The translations under genes were made by a program, and so were the position numbers. A stretch of 64,000 nucleotides of DNA. It comes from Klebsormidium nitens (taxonomy: Eukaryota; Plantae; Klebsormidiophyceae). The stretch spans positions 124,001 through 188,000 of the forward strand of contig DF236993.1 of the NCBI GenBank assembly GCA_000708835.1, in the 5' to 3' direction. The notes below the pieces were generated by a model. That model saw nothing but the letters and a program-made list of their open reading frames with translations, had not been told where the DNA came from and ran no database searches. Position 1 is the first letter of the stretch, and each line of letters opens with the position of its first letter. Positions 12,001 to 23,040 of the stretch are shown in pieces.

Positions 12001-15000
12001 TGGTGACGTCAGCTAGCGTGAGCTATTCGTGGCAGTGCCCAGAACAAGATGTTTAGGGCCATCGAACGCAGATTGTCCTCAACGATAGTCCGCGGGGAGG
12101 ACGGGGAGATTGTGACGTCAGCCTGGCAAAGAGATTGTGACGTCAGCTAGAGTGAGGCGTTCGTGGCAACGTCCAGACAAGCTAATCAGGGCCAATGAGA
12201 TTTTGACTGCCGCGACAACCGTCCGCAAAAGGACGGGTAGTGTTGCTTCTGCCTGCCACAAGAGCGGTTTGTGACGTCATGTTGCGTGAGCTCTTTCTGA
12301 GGACCGTCCATACGGGTGACAAAAGATTCTGCTTGGACCTACCGGGGAGAGGGTGAGCGGTTTGTCGTCATCTGATGTAAGCTGTCAGTGGGGACGTCTA
12401 GGACGAGCTGTTTGCAATTCGTTTACATTAAGCTGTCCGTGGCTCTTATAAGATAAGCTATTTGTGCCGCATCAGGCTGAGCTGTTTGCGAGGTCTATTG
12501 GGGATGAGCAGCGGTTTGGAGCGTCATCTACGAAAATGCCATCTCTGACGTTATACGAGTACGTTTCATTTCATGAGCTGATCACAATGTTGTGCAAACA
12601 TAAGCAGGCGGCAAAGAAGATGAAAGATGGTAGCACGACGCATCAAGAAAGTAATAGATTCAACGGCAGGAGGTTAGCGGCGTGGTAGTTGACGGGGATG
12701 CGCCCCGGGCACTATCAAGCGTGCCGAGGGGGCTACCGGCCCCCAATTTCCCCCCGGTTCTCTCCTACTGGGGCTTTAATCCGTGTGAAAGAACAAAAAA
12801 GAAATTGCCTTAGCAGATATACGGAGATTGCTAGAGACGCCTCGTGGCTTTTGTGGATACTTGGAAACCCTTTCCAAAAAGCCAAAAACCAAAAGCCAAA
12901 AGCCAAAAGCCATGACATACACATGCAATTATGAAATCGGAAGGTGGCATCAACCATCGCACACCTGGGGTCCAGGCACCACGTCAGCAGCTCGTCACCC
13001 ACGAAGTCTCCTGACGTCAGCGTGACGGTGTCGACCAGCGTGTTCGACTGGCCGCGCTTGTACTCGACGCTCTGGAGCGTGCCCCGGATGACGAACAGCA
13101 TGCGGAAGGCTGGGCCAATACGAGAGCGACACGTGGCATCAGTCCTGCTATTTGGAAGTTTGGATCTTGCGAAACAAGCGCAGACAGAGCTATCAAGCCA
13201 GAGGTCTAGGAATGGATTTTGCAGGGCCTGTGAACTACCTGCGGTTCTGTAATCTACTGAGTACAAACGGAATCACAAGCGGATACCAAAAGCTTGCAGG
13301 CCAATATAGATTCGCCTCCTGCACAGCAATCTCCATAGAGAAGCTCGACGACTGCCACTTATTTGAAAAGCGGCAGACAAGTCTCAGAAGCAACAGGGGC
13401 ATGTAACAGCTTGATGTTAAGTCATTACAGATGGCACCGACTCAAAGTGAGACTCGCAGGATTCTTCGTTCTGCAAGTGGTCATTCTTCGTATTATGAAG
13501 CAGGAAACACTCTCAAGTCGTGAGCAACAAGTCGTATCAGAGGGCGGGCCCACGTTGTTAAACATGAGACGTCATAACGTCGTCAGAAACCAACCGTTCT
13601 CGACGTCGCTGACGTCAGATTCGATTGGGACAACTATCAGATTCGCACCTGGGTCGCCCTGCCGAATGATGCAGCTCCCGCGGATGAAGAGCTGCGGCTT
13701 CAGCCGCTCGCAGATGGCGTCTAACACCAGATAGTCCAGCCGCTCGAACAGGGGGACCTGAGCAGGGGTGAAAAGGCGGTAAGGTCAGCCCTCTGGAAAG
13801 TCAAAGTGGCTGTCCAGGCTGACCATGCTTTCGTAGTGAGAGGTGCAGTCCTTCATTCGGTGGACTCCATGAGGGCGCCAAAGAAATAAACAAAATCCTT
13901 CGAGAGCGTGATGCAAGAATCAGGAATACCTCCTGAAGAACACGTGTACGGCAATCTGAAACGATCACAGATGGACGCCCTAGGGATAAAACTGCGGGCG
14001 AGTAGCCCAACTTCTTGACGAGGTCGAGACACAGGTGGCGCTTGATGTCGCACGCCAGATCCTCAGGCTACGCTTCCAGCAGGCTTTTCCTCCTTCGCCC
14101 TCCGATTCAAACACACGAGCCTGATATTAAGATGTGAAACCCTAGATCCCAAACCCCAGAATCAGAACCCACCTTCTTGACGAGGTCGATACAGAGGTGG
14201 CGCTTGATGTCACGTTCCAAATCCGCACTGCTTCCAGCAGCTCCGATTTCTGAAACCGCAACCAGAAGCGAACCCACCTTCTTGACGAGGTCGAGGCACA
14301 GGTGGCGCGCCAGATACTCCGGGAGTGCCTTGAGCACCTTCTCCCAATCCGCCCCAAAAACGTTCTCCCGTAACTCTTCAAAATCAAAACCCAAAACCCC
14401 AGTATCCGAAGTCCCTGCAATCTTAAAACTCACCTTCTTGACGAGGTCGAGGCGGAGGTGGCGCTTGATCTTGCGCGCCAGATCCTTGGGGAGTGCCTCG
14501 AGCATCTTCTTCTCATTCGCCTCCGTCTCATCTCACATTAGCCTAATCCTCAAAGTAGAAACAAATAAACCCGAAATGAAAAAACCCACCTTCTTGACGA
14601 GGTCGAGACACAGGTGGCGCTTGATGTCGCGCGCGAGATCCTCGGGCAACGCTTCCAGCAGCTTCTCCTCGTCCACTCCGTGCATCGCGCCCCACTTGAA
14701 GCGGTCAAACTGGCGGATGCGCTTGCGCAGATCGGTCGGCAGCTGGCGGTGCTTCATCCACGCCTCCGTGTCGCGCAGCATCGTGCGGTGGTCCTCGACG
14801 CGCCGGCCCAGCGACTGGAGGTATTTCTGCGGGGGCGAAGGAGAACAACGTGACCTTAACAATGGTGATTCGTCAAATGACTGTAGGGCAGTCTCACTGA
14901 TTGGTAGAAAAGAGCTGATCAGGCGATGGAAGTGCGATCGGTCGCCTGGGTCCAACAAGCGGGCACGATCTTGGGGAGCGCAAGTAACTCTGGTGACTCC

Positions 15001-18000
15001 AGGTACTTTTGCGGGGGACACAGCAAGTAACAGGAGCCCTCGAGAGAGCTGCGGTGCTTTTAAGAAGGAAAGAAACCTGGAGAGCACATAGAGGAAAAGA
15101 CGAACCGGGAAATCTAACGAACGTGCCCGGTTTTTGCGAAGGTACCTCGCGATAGTACCCCCCCTCTCATGCTCTTTTTGGTTTACTCAATCCTCCCACA
15201 CCCGCAGGTGTGCACACACATCACAGGCTACCGAAGGCGCCCCTCATTTGTGCCAAAACCTCCAGTTCCTGATAACAGAGAAGAAGCAGAAGCAAATCAT
15301 CCATTTCTATAGTCCAACAGCGCACCTGCATGTTTCCCACCAGCATGGCCAGGAGCAGCATTCCCGTGAGTGCGATGATGATGCAGAACCAGAGCTCGCC
15401 CGTGAACGTGCTCGGAATCAACGGCTGGCCCATCGACCTGCGAATCAAAGGGCACGAGTTTGAAAAATTGAGGTTTCGGCCTTTGCGATTGGAGAAGCGG
15501 CTGTTATATAGCAAAGTTATGCCAATTGCAACGGTAAGTTTCCTGAGCCGTCCTGCCCGTTTCGAGTTTCTCTTCTTTGTGTTGAGCGAGTCGCCGTGGT
15601 TCCTTGCGACTGTAACAAAAAGCAAGGCCCTCACTTTCCATGGAACGAAACAACCTCGTCTGGACATTCCTTCCACTCAGCGGAAAGAGGGAAACAAAAG
15701 AGAAGCAAAGGAGAGCGAAATATGCCCTAGAAACGTCTTGTGTACTCAAAGATTCAGGCTGATACTTCCGAGACGTAGCTCGACACGGGTCTAGGAGCGT
15801 TGAGTCTCAGCATCTGAACCTGGTTTGACGGGCGGTGGTCAAGTATCTATGAGAGTCAAGGGGCTTAAGGCGTCACAAGGTTGAGTTCCTAACGCTTGGC
15901 GGTCAGAGGAGTTGAGGTCTCGGTGTCAATATTAAGTTCCAAAGGTTCCGGAAGGATTTACGGGATTATTGGGGTTCCTTACGTGAGGTTCTTGAGACCC
16001 CACCAGAGGGAGTAGAAGTAGCGCTTGACCCCGAGGGTGGCGACGATCTTCAGGATCGGCTGGTAGATACCTGCACGAGTTGCTACATGTTTGTTTTTTT
16101 GTCCTCATCACAGGACAACAATGCTTTGTAACCACTTGATGTCCACTCGTGGCACCCTTATATCGCCCACGTCGGCCTTCCGATATTGGACCTTCATGCA
16201 CGGAGCGGCCGAAGAAACGAAGTCATACAGCGGTTTGAAGATGAAGAAGGAGACCCCAGGTCGAAAGATTCAGGCAGTAGGCCTAGGGAGGCCAATCGGA
16301 AAGAAGACACAATTTGCAATCACAGTCGGCGTTTACAACAAGGCTTACTTGCCTTGAACCCGTAGGTTGTCTATCAAAAGAAGCAACATATAAAGAGTCC
16401 AGGCCGCACCCAAGACTTAATAGTGACCCTAAATCGACGAGGCAAAGAGATTGTCAACCGCGTCAACATTCCCACACCCGCGACTCCCTCCTTCAAGCTT
16501 AGATCGGCACAACCTTCTTCTCAGGGGGTCCTCTCCAGGCCCGCTCACCATAGTTGAAGAACCCCCCAATCTCCATGCTCTGGTCCACGCACAGGTCCGT
16601 CACCTTCGTCGCGGCACTCCACGCCATGCGCCCTGGCTCACCCACACTGCTGCAGTCGAAGAAGTCGGTGTTGCAGTTGATCGCCGCCTCACTGGCGCAC
16701 ACCTGGCGCCAGCAGTGGTCCACGCGCTCGACGCCCAGTAAGTACCAGATGGCGGCGATAACCTGGAAGTTGTGAACGGGCTCGGGTTTAGGAATATCGA
16801 GAGTCGACGTTTCCTGGTGTGTTTTGAGAAGACAGACTTGATTGTTTAGGGTTTTGAGTTGAGCAAGTGGTGTCTATGGCCCTGGCTTTAGGCGAGAACT
16901 AGAATGTGGACAGCTTGGTCCGAACCAGGTTGTGATAATGTGATGAAAATGAAGGGTGTGCATGCCCCGTTCCAGGGATTTCTGCTTTTCACAGGTTGGT
17001 ATCGAAGGCCCTCGGCCCCCTGGACGCAATTTGTGGTGAACTCCAGACTCACTATCTTTCCACAAGTTCATAGCCTTTCACCACCTCGAGATTCGTGAAA
17101 CACCAAAAATGCAGAACAAACATGAGGAATCCTTAACCTTTGAACAGAGCGTGATGAGACGCGGAGATGAGGATACTTTTCAGTGATGTGGGATGCCCCA
17201 GAGGGAAGGACAGCTGCCAGAAACAGACCAGTCTCACCATCTCCAAGACCCCCTGAATTTACGAGGCTCCAACTTAAGCCAAACACTTGTTTGATTCACG
17301 AGCAGGGAAAGCGAGATGCGAGTACGCAGCCAGGATCTTGACTCTTACAAGTCGACAGGAGAGTATACATCTCCTTGAGTCTTAAGAATCCGTAAAGCGG
17401 TCTCGCTCTCACGAGGTGGATCTTCCCCACAAATGATGCGTGATCGAAAAGGGCGTTGGCCCCTGCTGGATTAAGGGGGGCGGATCGTCTCCTTTTTTCT
17501 TACGCACGCAAGCACTTTCTAAATGAACACAGAGAAAGAGGGATCTTCTGGATACACTTCCGAGGGGGTAGAAAGCAAACACGATTGCGAACAAACTTGA
17601 GGGAGAAAGAGAAGGAGACACCCAAAAGCAAGCGCTCACATGGGAGGCAAGCAGGAAGACTAGCAGGTTAATGACGAAGCCGGAGGAGGCGGTCTCGAAG
17701 GCGAGCGTGCCGGGGCGCTGCAACGAGGACTGGATGGGAACCAGGCGAACGATGCGCGGAATGTACTGCAGAATGACCACGAAGCGCAGCCCGTTCTTGG
17801 CAGCGCTCGCGGTGCCGGGCTGCTTGAAATTGGGGATGATCGCCCATAGCACAAACTGCAGAAGTTAGAGCAAGAGAATGCTGTGAGACAATCTGCGGGA
17901 CAGTCTGTGGAACATGAGACCAGTCTGTGGAAATACCTTGTGATACTCCTGATATGCCTGACTCCTTGAGCATTGGAACAATGTTCTAGATCTGCTCAAA

Positions 18001-19795
18001 CATCTTGTCAGCATTCTGACTAACCTCAGATGGGTCCTATGGTGCAAGGAAGCTTATGGGTTTGACTGATCAACAATTGGTAAAAGGACTCCCGTAGTCC
18101 TTCAGATCCTCAAAAAGGACCCTTACAAGAACTGTCGTCCCTTAAAACCATCTTCTCATGCAAGCACTCAATAAGACATTCTGCACATCCCCGGGTCTCA
18201 CCTGTGGGATCGGCAGCCACGCGAAGAAGTCGAGCGCAAAGTTGCCCTGCAGATAGTGCTTCGCGATGCTCTCTTTGTCCACCACCAGCTCCCCCCGCCC
18301 AAAGATCCTCGACGATGGCTCTGTGTATGCGACCCTAAACTGCAGCAGCATCTGCAGAAAGTACACCAGGTCCGTGACGCACCGGAGCACCGTCACAGTC
18401 ACCGCAAAGCTCCGCTCGATCTGCATGCACCGTCGGTCGAGGTCCACTTCCACCAGGAAGAAGAACAGCGGGTCGACCGCCGCAGCAACTAGACATGCGA
18501 TCACAAACACCTTGTTCCACTGCCGGATGAGCTTCCCGTGGGGGTCAAACACGCCCGACTTCCGCCAGTTGAGCTCTTCCGCAAAGATGCGCCGCGAGTC
18601 AACTTGTCGGCTGGTGAACGTCGGCCACGAGCGGAAGCTCCTGGAGGGGGGACTTGCGGTCGGGTCTTCGAGGCTGAAGGGAGCAACGCGGGGGCCGTTT
18701 TGGGGCGCATTGGCTTGGGGGGAGGCGGTGGGGAAGAAGGGGCGGGGAGGGAGGGGAGCCCTCGGGTCGACGGGCTCTGGCTGACGGCGCTGGTAGCGGG
18801 GCTCTTGTAGCTCCTGGGGCTCAAACCTACAAATGAAGTTGGTTCCTTCTTTTGTTAGTGGCGGCCTTCAACCTTGTTTTGAAGATTCATTCAAGAGTGC
18901 CTTACAACTGTGCAATCCACCGCAATCTGCTGGAGGTTGCAAGTAGAGACTGCCAGTCTGCCGAATGTATTTGGAGGTTTCAGTTCTGCTAGCGAATGCC
19001 AGAATGTGATTGAAATAGTTGCTCCAAGAAACAATGAAGATGGCTGCATCCTCTGAATTAAAAGACCACTCTTCAACTTGCTGCTAGATGAAAGTTTTAG
19101 GTAAGTGAACAATATGAGTGGACTGTTTGGTGGTTTTGAAGTGAGAGCACTGTGACACTCCCTCAGTTTTGGAAGATTACGCCACTTGTTGGGGTCCTCT
19201 CTTCCTTGCATTTGTGGTGCTCAACACCGTATTCAGGGCCTGTATCATTCAATTGGCATGCCGTAAAACTTGTCTGATAGGCAGTCATTAGCATATTTAA
19301 AATGTCATAATTAAAGTGTCAGTAACCATGTCAGTTTTGACAATGTGGAATGGTGAAAGGAACTCAGAAGCCTGGTCAACTGTTGCTAAGTGCTGGAGCC
19401 ACTAGAAAAGCTTAGAAAAGAAGCATCACACAAAGTGACTGTAACAGGGTACTTGGTTACAGCGCCAGGCAAAAACATCCTTAAAGAACCGGGATTGAGT
19501 GGTGTCATATTGACAAACTCTGGCAAGATTCAAGCATCACGCTTCCCACCTCTGAAGGGTTTCCTGTTTTTGAGACTGTAGTTGACTCACAGCCACACAT
19601 GACGACATGGGGCGATAGGTCCTTGTCCCAATATCTGCGCGTCAAGAAATGCTTTTGAGGTCATGGCATCACGAGATGTGAATCCGCTACATTGTAGGCG
19701 GCTAACTCTCCAGGAACTCACCTCACGAACTTGAGGGGTCCCTTTGCAGGTTCCATCATGTCTGATGGGCTCAAAGGTGTCTCCAGCTCCTGCAT
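9021..19795 (-). CDS. CNGC: Plant-type cyclic nucleotide-gated channel (6 TM, pore, CNBD, IQ); 11 coding exons, about 946-1058 aa depending on the last acceptor
   Basis: Exons 19795-19722, 18826-18202, 17855-17640, 16762-16549, 16070-15983, 15437-15326, 14826-14590, 13757-13649, 13109-12965, 11652-11460 and (10184/10013/9848)-9021; all phases close. Motifs: KFVRFE, FDPHGKLIRQWNKVFVIACLVAAAVDPLFF, LQYIPR, SLWWGLKNLTSMGQPL, LVGNMQKYLQS, WMKHRQLP, DIKRHLCLDLVKKVPLF, GDFVGDELLTWCLDP, EAFSLSADDL, FYSPHWRIWGALAIQAAWRRYK. Confidence 0.95.
9690..10195 (-). repeat. Three in-frame tandem copies of the CNGC last-exon acceptor plus IQ-motif head (171 and 165 bp periods)
   Basis: gcag|GC(A/G)GCATGGAGGCG begins at 10184, 10013 and 9848. 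The track ORF 9021-10262 runs through all three without a stop. Confidence 0.95.
11600..12360 (-). repeat. About six tandem copies of the CNGC exon 10 acceptor plus 5' end (RPKQYYPS...)
   Basis: ggcag|gcc(g/a/c)aa(a/g)cagtactacccgtc begins at 11652 (true exon), 11805 and 11962. More decayed copies lie at about 12100 (acceptor deleted), 12252 and 12338. Confidence 0.9.
14011..14680 (-). repeat. Five tandem copies of the CNGC exon 7 3' end plus donor (..LARDIKRHLCLDLVKK|gt)
   Basis: gacctcgtcaagaag ends at 14590 (true exon), 14434, 14278, 14173 and 14011. The first four keep GT; the last reads tt. Confidence 0.92.
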
Positions 19796-21058
19796 TTCCC
19801 CCTGCAAGCGCAGACTATCTTCTGTTGCCAGCTCGATCCTCCCTCTAGCCTACGCAAACCCCTCATCGCCTGCATCTGTACCTCCAGAAGAAAGGCCACC
19901 GCTTTGAAGGTGAGGAGCTAGCTGTTCCAAAGCAACTTCCTCTTTGAAAAGGCCTTTGACGAAGAAGCTGCGGGAGTGCTTCAAGTTTGTTTGGACGCAC
20001 GGAACCGGGCGCCCGGCCGGAACGGAACGAAGAGAAACCTGCCGCAAACCCGCCCGACGCGGCAGCGCGCCACCGCGGTCGAGCGCGCCGCGGATACGTG
20101 ATATCAAGGCCAGAATGCGCTCCTCACTTTGATTGTGTGAAGGAGGACTTGTCAGGGGTTGCTGCGTCAAATTGCATGCGCTCTCATGGACTCAAGTTCC
20201 CCAGACAGCCAAGGAACCAGGATGAGTTTCACTGATGTTCTAGTGGATCCAGTAGGCAAAACAGGGCTGACGAGTGGAAGCGAGGATCCTCCTGATAGTT
20301 GTGTCAGCGGTTTGCTGGGGTTTATAGTAGGCAGAGTAAAATTGGCAGTGACAGCGATATTCGGACTGGCCGGCCGAAGCCCCCAGGACCGGCCTGCAGA
20401 AACCAAGACTCAAGGGCTGAGCACAGGAAAGTGGGAGCAGCGAAGAAGGATTCTCGTACCTGAAAGGTGCCGCTGCTCAGGAGGACAACAACTTGATGCA
20501 GATTGGTTATCCAGCGGTTGATTATTTCCAGACGTATCTGGCTCGGCCAGGCTCAGATCAGGTAAAGCTATTTATCCTTGACTGCAGAAGAATCTATACT
20601 ATGAGTTTGCCAACCGTGGCGGATAGCCCTGAACAAAATTTGCCGCTGCAATCCAAGTTAAGGTGTTGCTGTACCATCTGCTGCATTCAAAGCTGAAGGA
20701 GGTTCGTTCCGGCTCTGACCTCCAGCTGGACTTGCTTCTTGTGCCAGCAGCGAGCTGACACCCAGCAATTTAAGGCGGCCCGACGTCAACACTACAAACT
20801 GAAGGGTGTCATCAAGCGTCCACTTTCCCGTTGAGCCTTACATATTCTGCTTCTCCAACCTTTGATAGGCAAGTCGTATCTGGATTGTCTCTTTTACAGT
20901 TTTTGATTGAATCACTTGGTCAACAGAAGAAGCCTTCAAGTGTTCCCTGAGCATGTGTCTCTAATTCATATCCGAAGCGCTTGTAATACGATTCCACTTT
21001 CAAAATATGGCCACGGGCATGAATCTAGACCCACCGGCATCGGTGCACTCAGTGTCTT

Positions 21059-21514
21059 ATGCAGCTACCGTTCCGCCTTTGCAGGCCTGGTGTAAGACTT
21101 GTCTATTACCATACCATACTTAATCACGTGTCGCTCTTGTTCGACGTTACTCCCTACACTTACCCCAACCGTTTCACCGTCGAAGCGGACAAGGACTTGC
21201 CAATCAACTTTGACGTCGAGTCTGGATTGGTGGTCAGTATCGAAATGGAAGACACGGATGAGTTCCTGCCATATCATAGCGATTGGACTGAGGGCGAGAA
21301 GAGCCGTCTTCCATTTTGTCTCGAGCAGATGTACACGGAGAATAAGGATCTGCTGATCGTACGATTTTCGCCGGGCAAGTATGATGTAAGCAGGCTTGTC
21401 TGGGAATCCACGACAAATAAGGACATATTCCTTTGGAAGGATGAGAGGGGCTTTCTCCAAATCATTGAGATCAAGAATGCTTCGAAGACTGTAGTGATGC
21501 CCTTTCCATATTAG
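21059..21514 (+). CDS. Small protein with two tandem DUF2283-like domains
   Basis: 151-aa ORF. The second half, YTENKDLLIVRFSPGK...DIFLWKDERGFLQIIEIKNASK, fits the DUF2283 pattern as I remember it (YD.eaD.lyirl...d.ildyd.dG.ivgiEil.aS). The first half has the matching LPINFDVESGLVVSIEMEDTDEFLP. The assignment is by eye, without an HMM search. A possible acceptor at 21064 means the true 5' end may lie upstream. Confidence 0.6.
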   Translation: MQLPFRLCRPGVRLVYYHTILNHVSLLFDVTPYTYPNRFTVEADKDLPINFDVESGLVVSIEMEDTDEFLPYHSDWTEGEKSRLPFCLEQMYTENKDLLIVRFSPGKYDVSRLVWESTTNKDIFLWKDERGFLQIIEIKNASKTVVMPFPY

Positions 21515-23040
21515 AACCCTTGACGGGTTGCTGGCTCAAGATCCTGGAGGATACTGAGGTGAGGCGGGACTTCAAGTACTGGTGGACGTTTTTTCTTTCT
21601 CAGGAATGTCATGCTGAACAAACACCAACGGCCTGTATAGCAGTTGTTTAATTTGTGCAGAAGCTGAGCTGCCAGTGGTAAAACGTCCAGGGAATCTGGC
21701 GAACATTCTCGTATCACGGAGGCGACCTCATTGTGTGCGCACGCAATCATGGGCGGCGCTTTAGGCCACGTACGTAGCCGCCTCCTGCTCACAGGAATTG
21801 AGCGAATCAATCATCAATTTCATTTCAGATACGTTCTTAGCCTGGTAAGCTTTTCGGCGAGTGTGCTGTCAAGGGACACGGAAAACGCAGCTCGGTATCC
21901 CTCTAGCGAGTCGAATCTGCTTTCGAAGCTCTCGTCTCCCGACTCCTTAACACTGGTCGACTTTGAATGGACGCAACTACTAGTACAGACCGCCGTGATG
22001 GTGAGAGATTTGATCGATCTCGTATACTTTCATGATATCAAGGGTGACAGTAGTGCGCGTCCAACGATCGCGACATCATGTTGGGGTAACGAGATGGATC
22101 ACTCCTGGATTCTGGACGTGGGAACACTCCGGCCAAGGCTCCTCGAAAATGATTTGGCAACCGCTGGAGCAGGTTTCCCGCTGCATGATGTACTGCCATC
22201 TTACGTTTTCCTTGCCGGATTAGCGCGACTTTGTGGCGCCAAACTGTCGGGGGGGCAAGTTTGTCATGTCAAGATGCGGGGATTCTGTAGTATGCACACA
22301 TAAATTCGGGTGGACCGCGTAAACAAGGAGGGTCAGAGAGCCACCCGAGTCATGAATCCTGCTACTATTATGGCGTCCGCCTTGGTTTCAACTCTCGTTT
22401 GAGATTCAATCCACAAAATCTGTGAGAAGCGTCTGATGGCTCGACTGACTTCAATTTGTAGAGAAGGAAATGGATTTGCGTAGAAAATAAGAATTGTTCT
22501 ATACAGCGGAACAGGCGATATTGTTTTTTGCGACCTCATTGCACTTAGTTACTGTATCTCCATCATATACGAGAGTACGCCACGATTTCACTTTGCGGCT
22601 CAGTGTGAAGTTAGAGGTCACCGCTACTGAGATTGCATCCTGTCCCAGGGCATGATAGACACCAATGGCATCGGTTAATTCTTGAAAAGGGCCGCCACGT
22701 GCACAAACGTCATTCGGCGGTCCTGAATCCTCTGCTACATCAAGTTCGGCGGTCGATTGCTTCCAAGTCGGATCAGATATACAGAGCGTAATCAATCAGG
22801 ACGGCCTCCAGGCCAGTTCATTTGAGTTGGGAACGAAGTTCGCCGATCTAGCAACCCGCTTCTGCCGCGGCCCCTGAACCCTGAACCCTTCTCAGTTTGC
22901 GGACGCCGCGGCCGCCGCGGCCGCCGTGACCGCGCCCAGTAGGATATATGACCCTATGAGCATTAGGCTTATGCTTAGGAAGTGAAGGTCGTGATAGATA
23001 CAGTACCTCCGCGAACAATCTTACTTTGACAAGGTACGCG

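Noticed and set aside
11600-12360. Repeat-spacer appearance resembling a CRISPR array
   Set aside because: Units are degenerate copies of the adjacent exon and intron, not identical repeats with unique spacers; eukaryotic context and no cas genes.
14177-15091. 304-aa + strand ORF
   Set aside because: Antisense shadow of CNGC exon 7 and its GC-rich repeats; no protein motif.
21731-22303. 190-aa + ORF beside the DUF2283-like gene, considered as a toxin partner
   Set aside because: No recognisable toxin, kinase or nuclease motif; not supportable without a database search.
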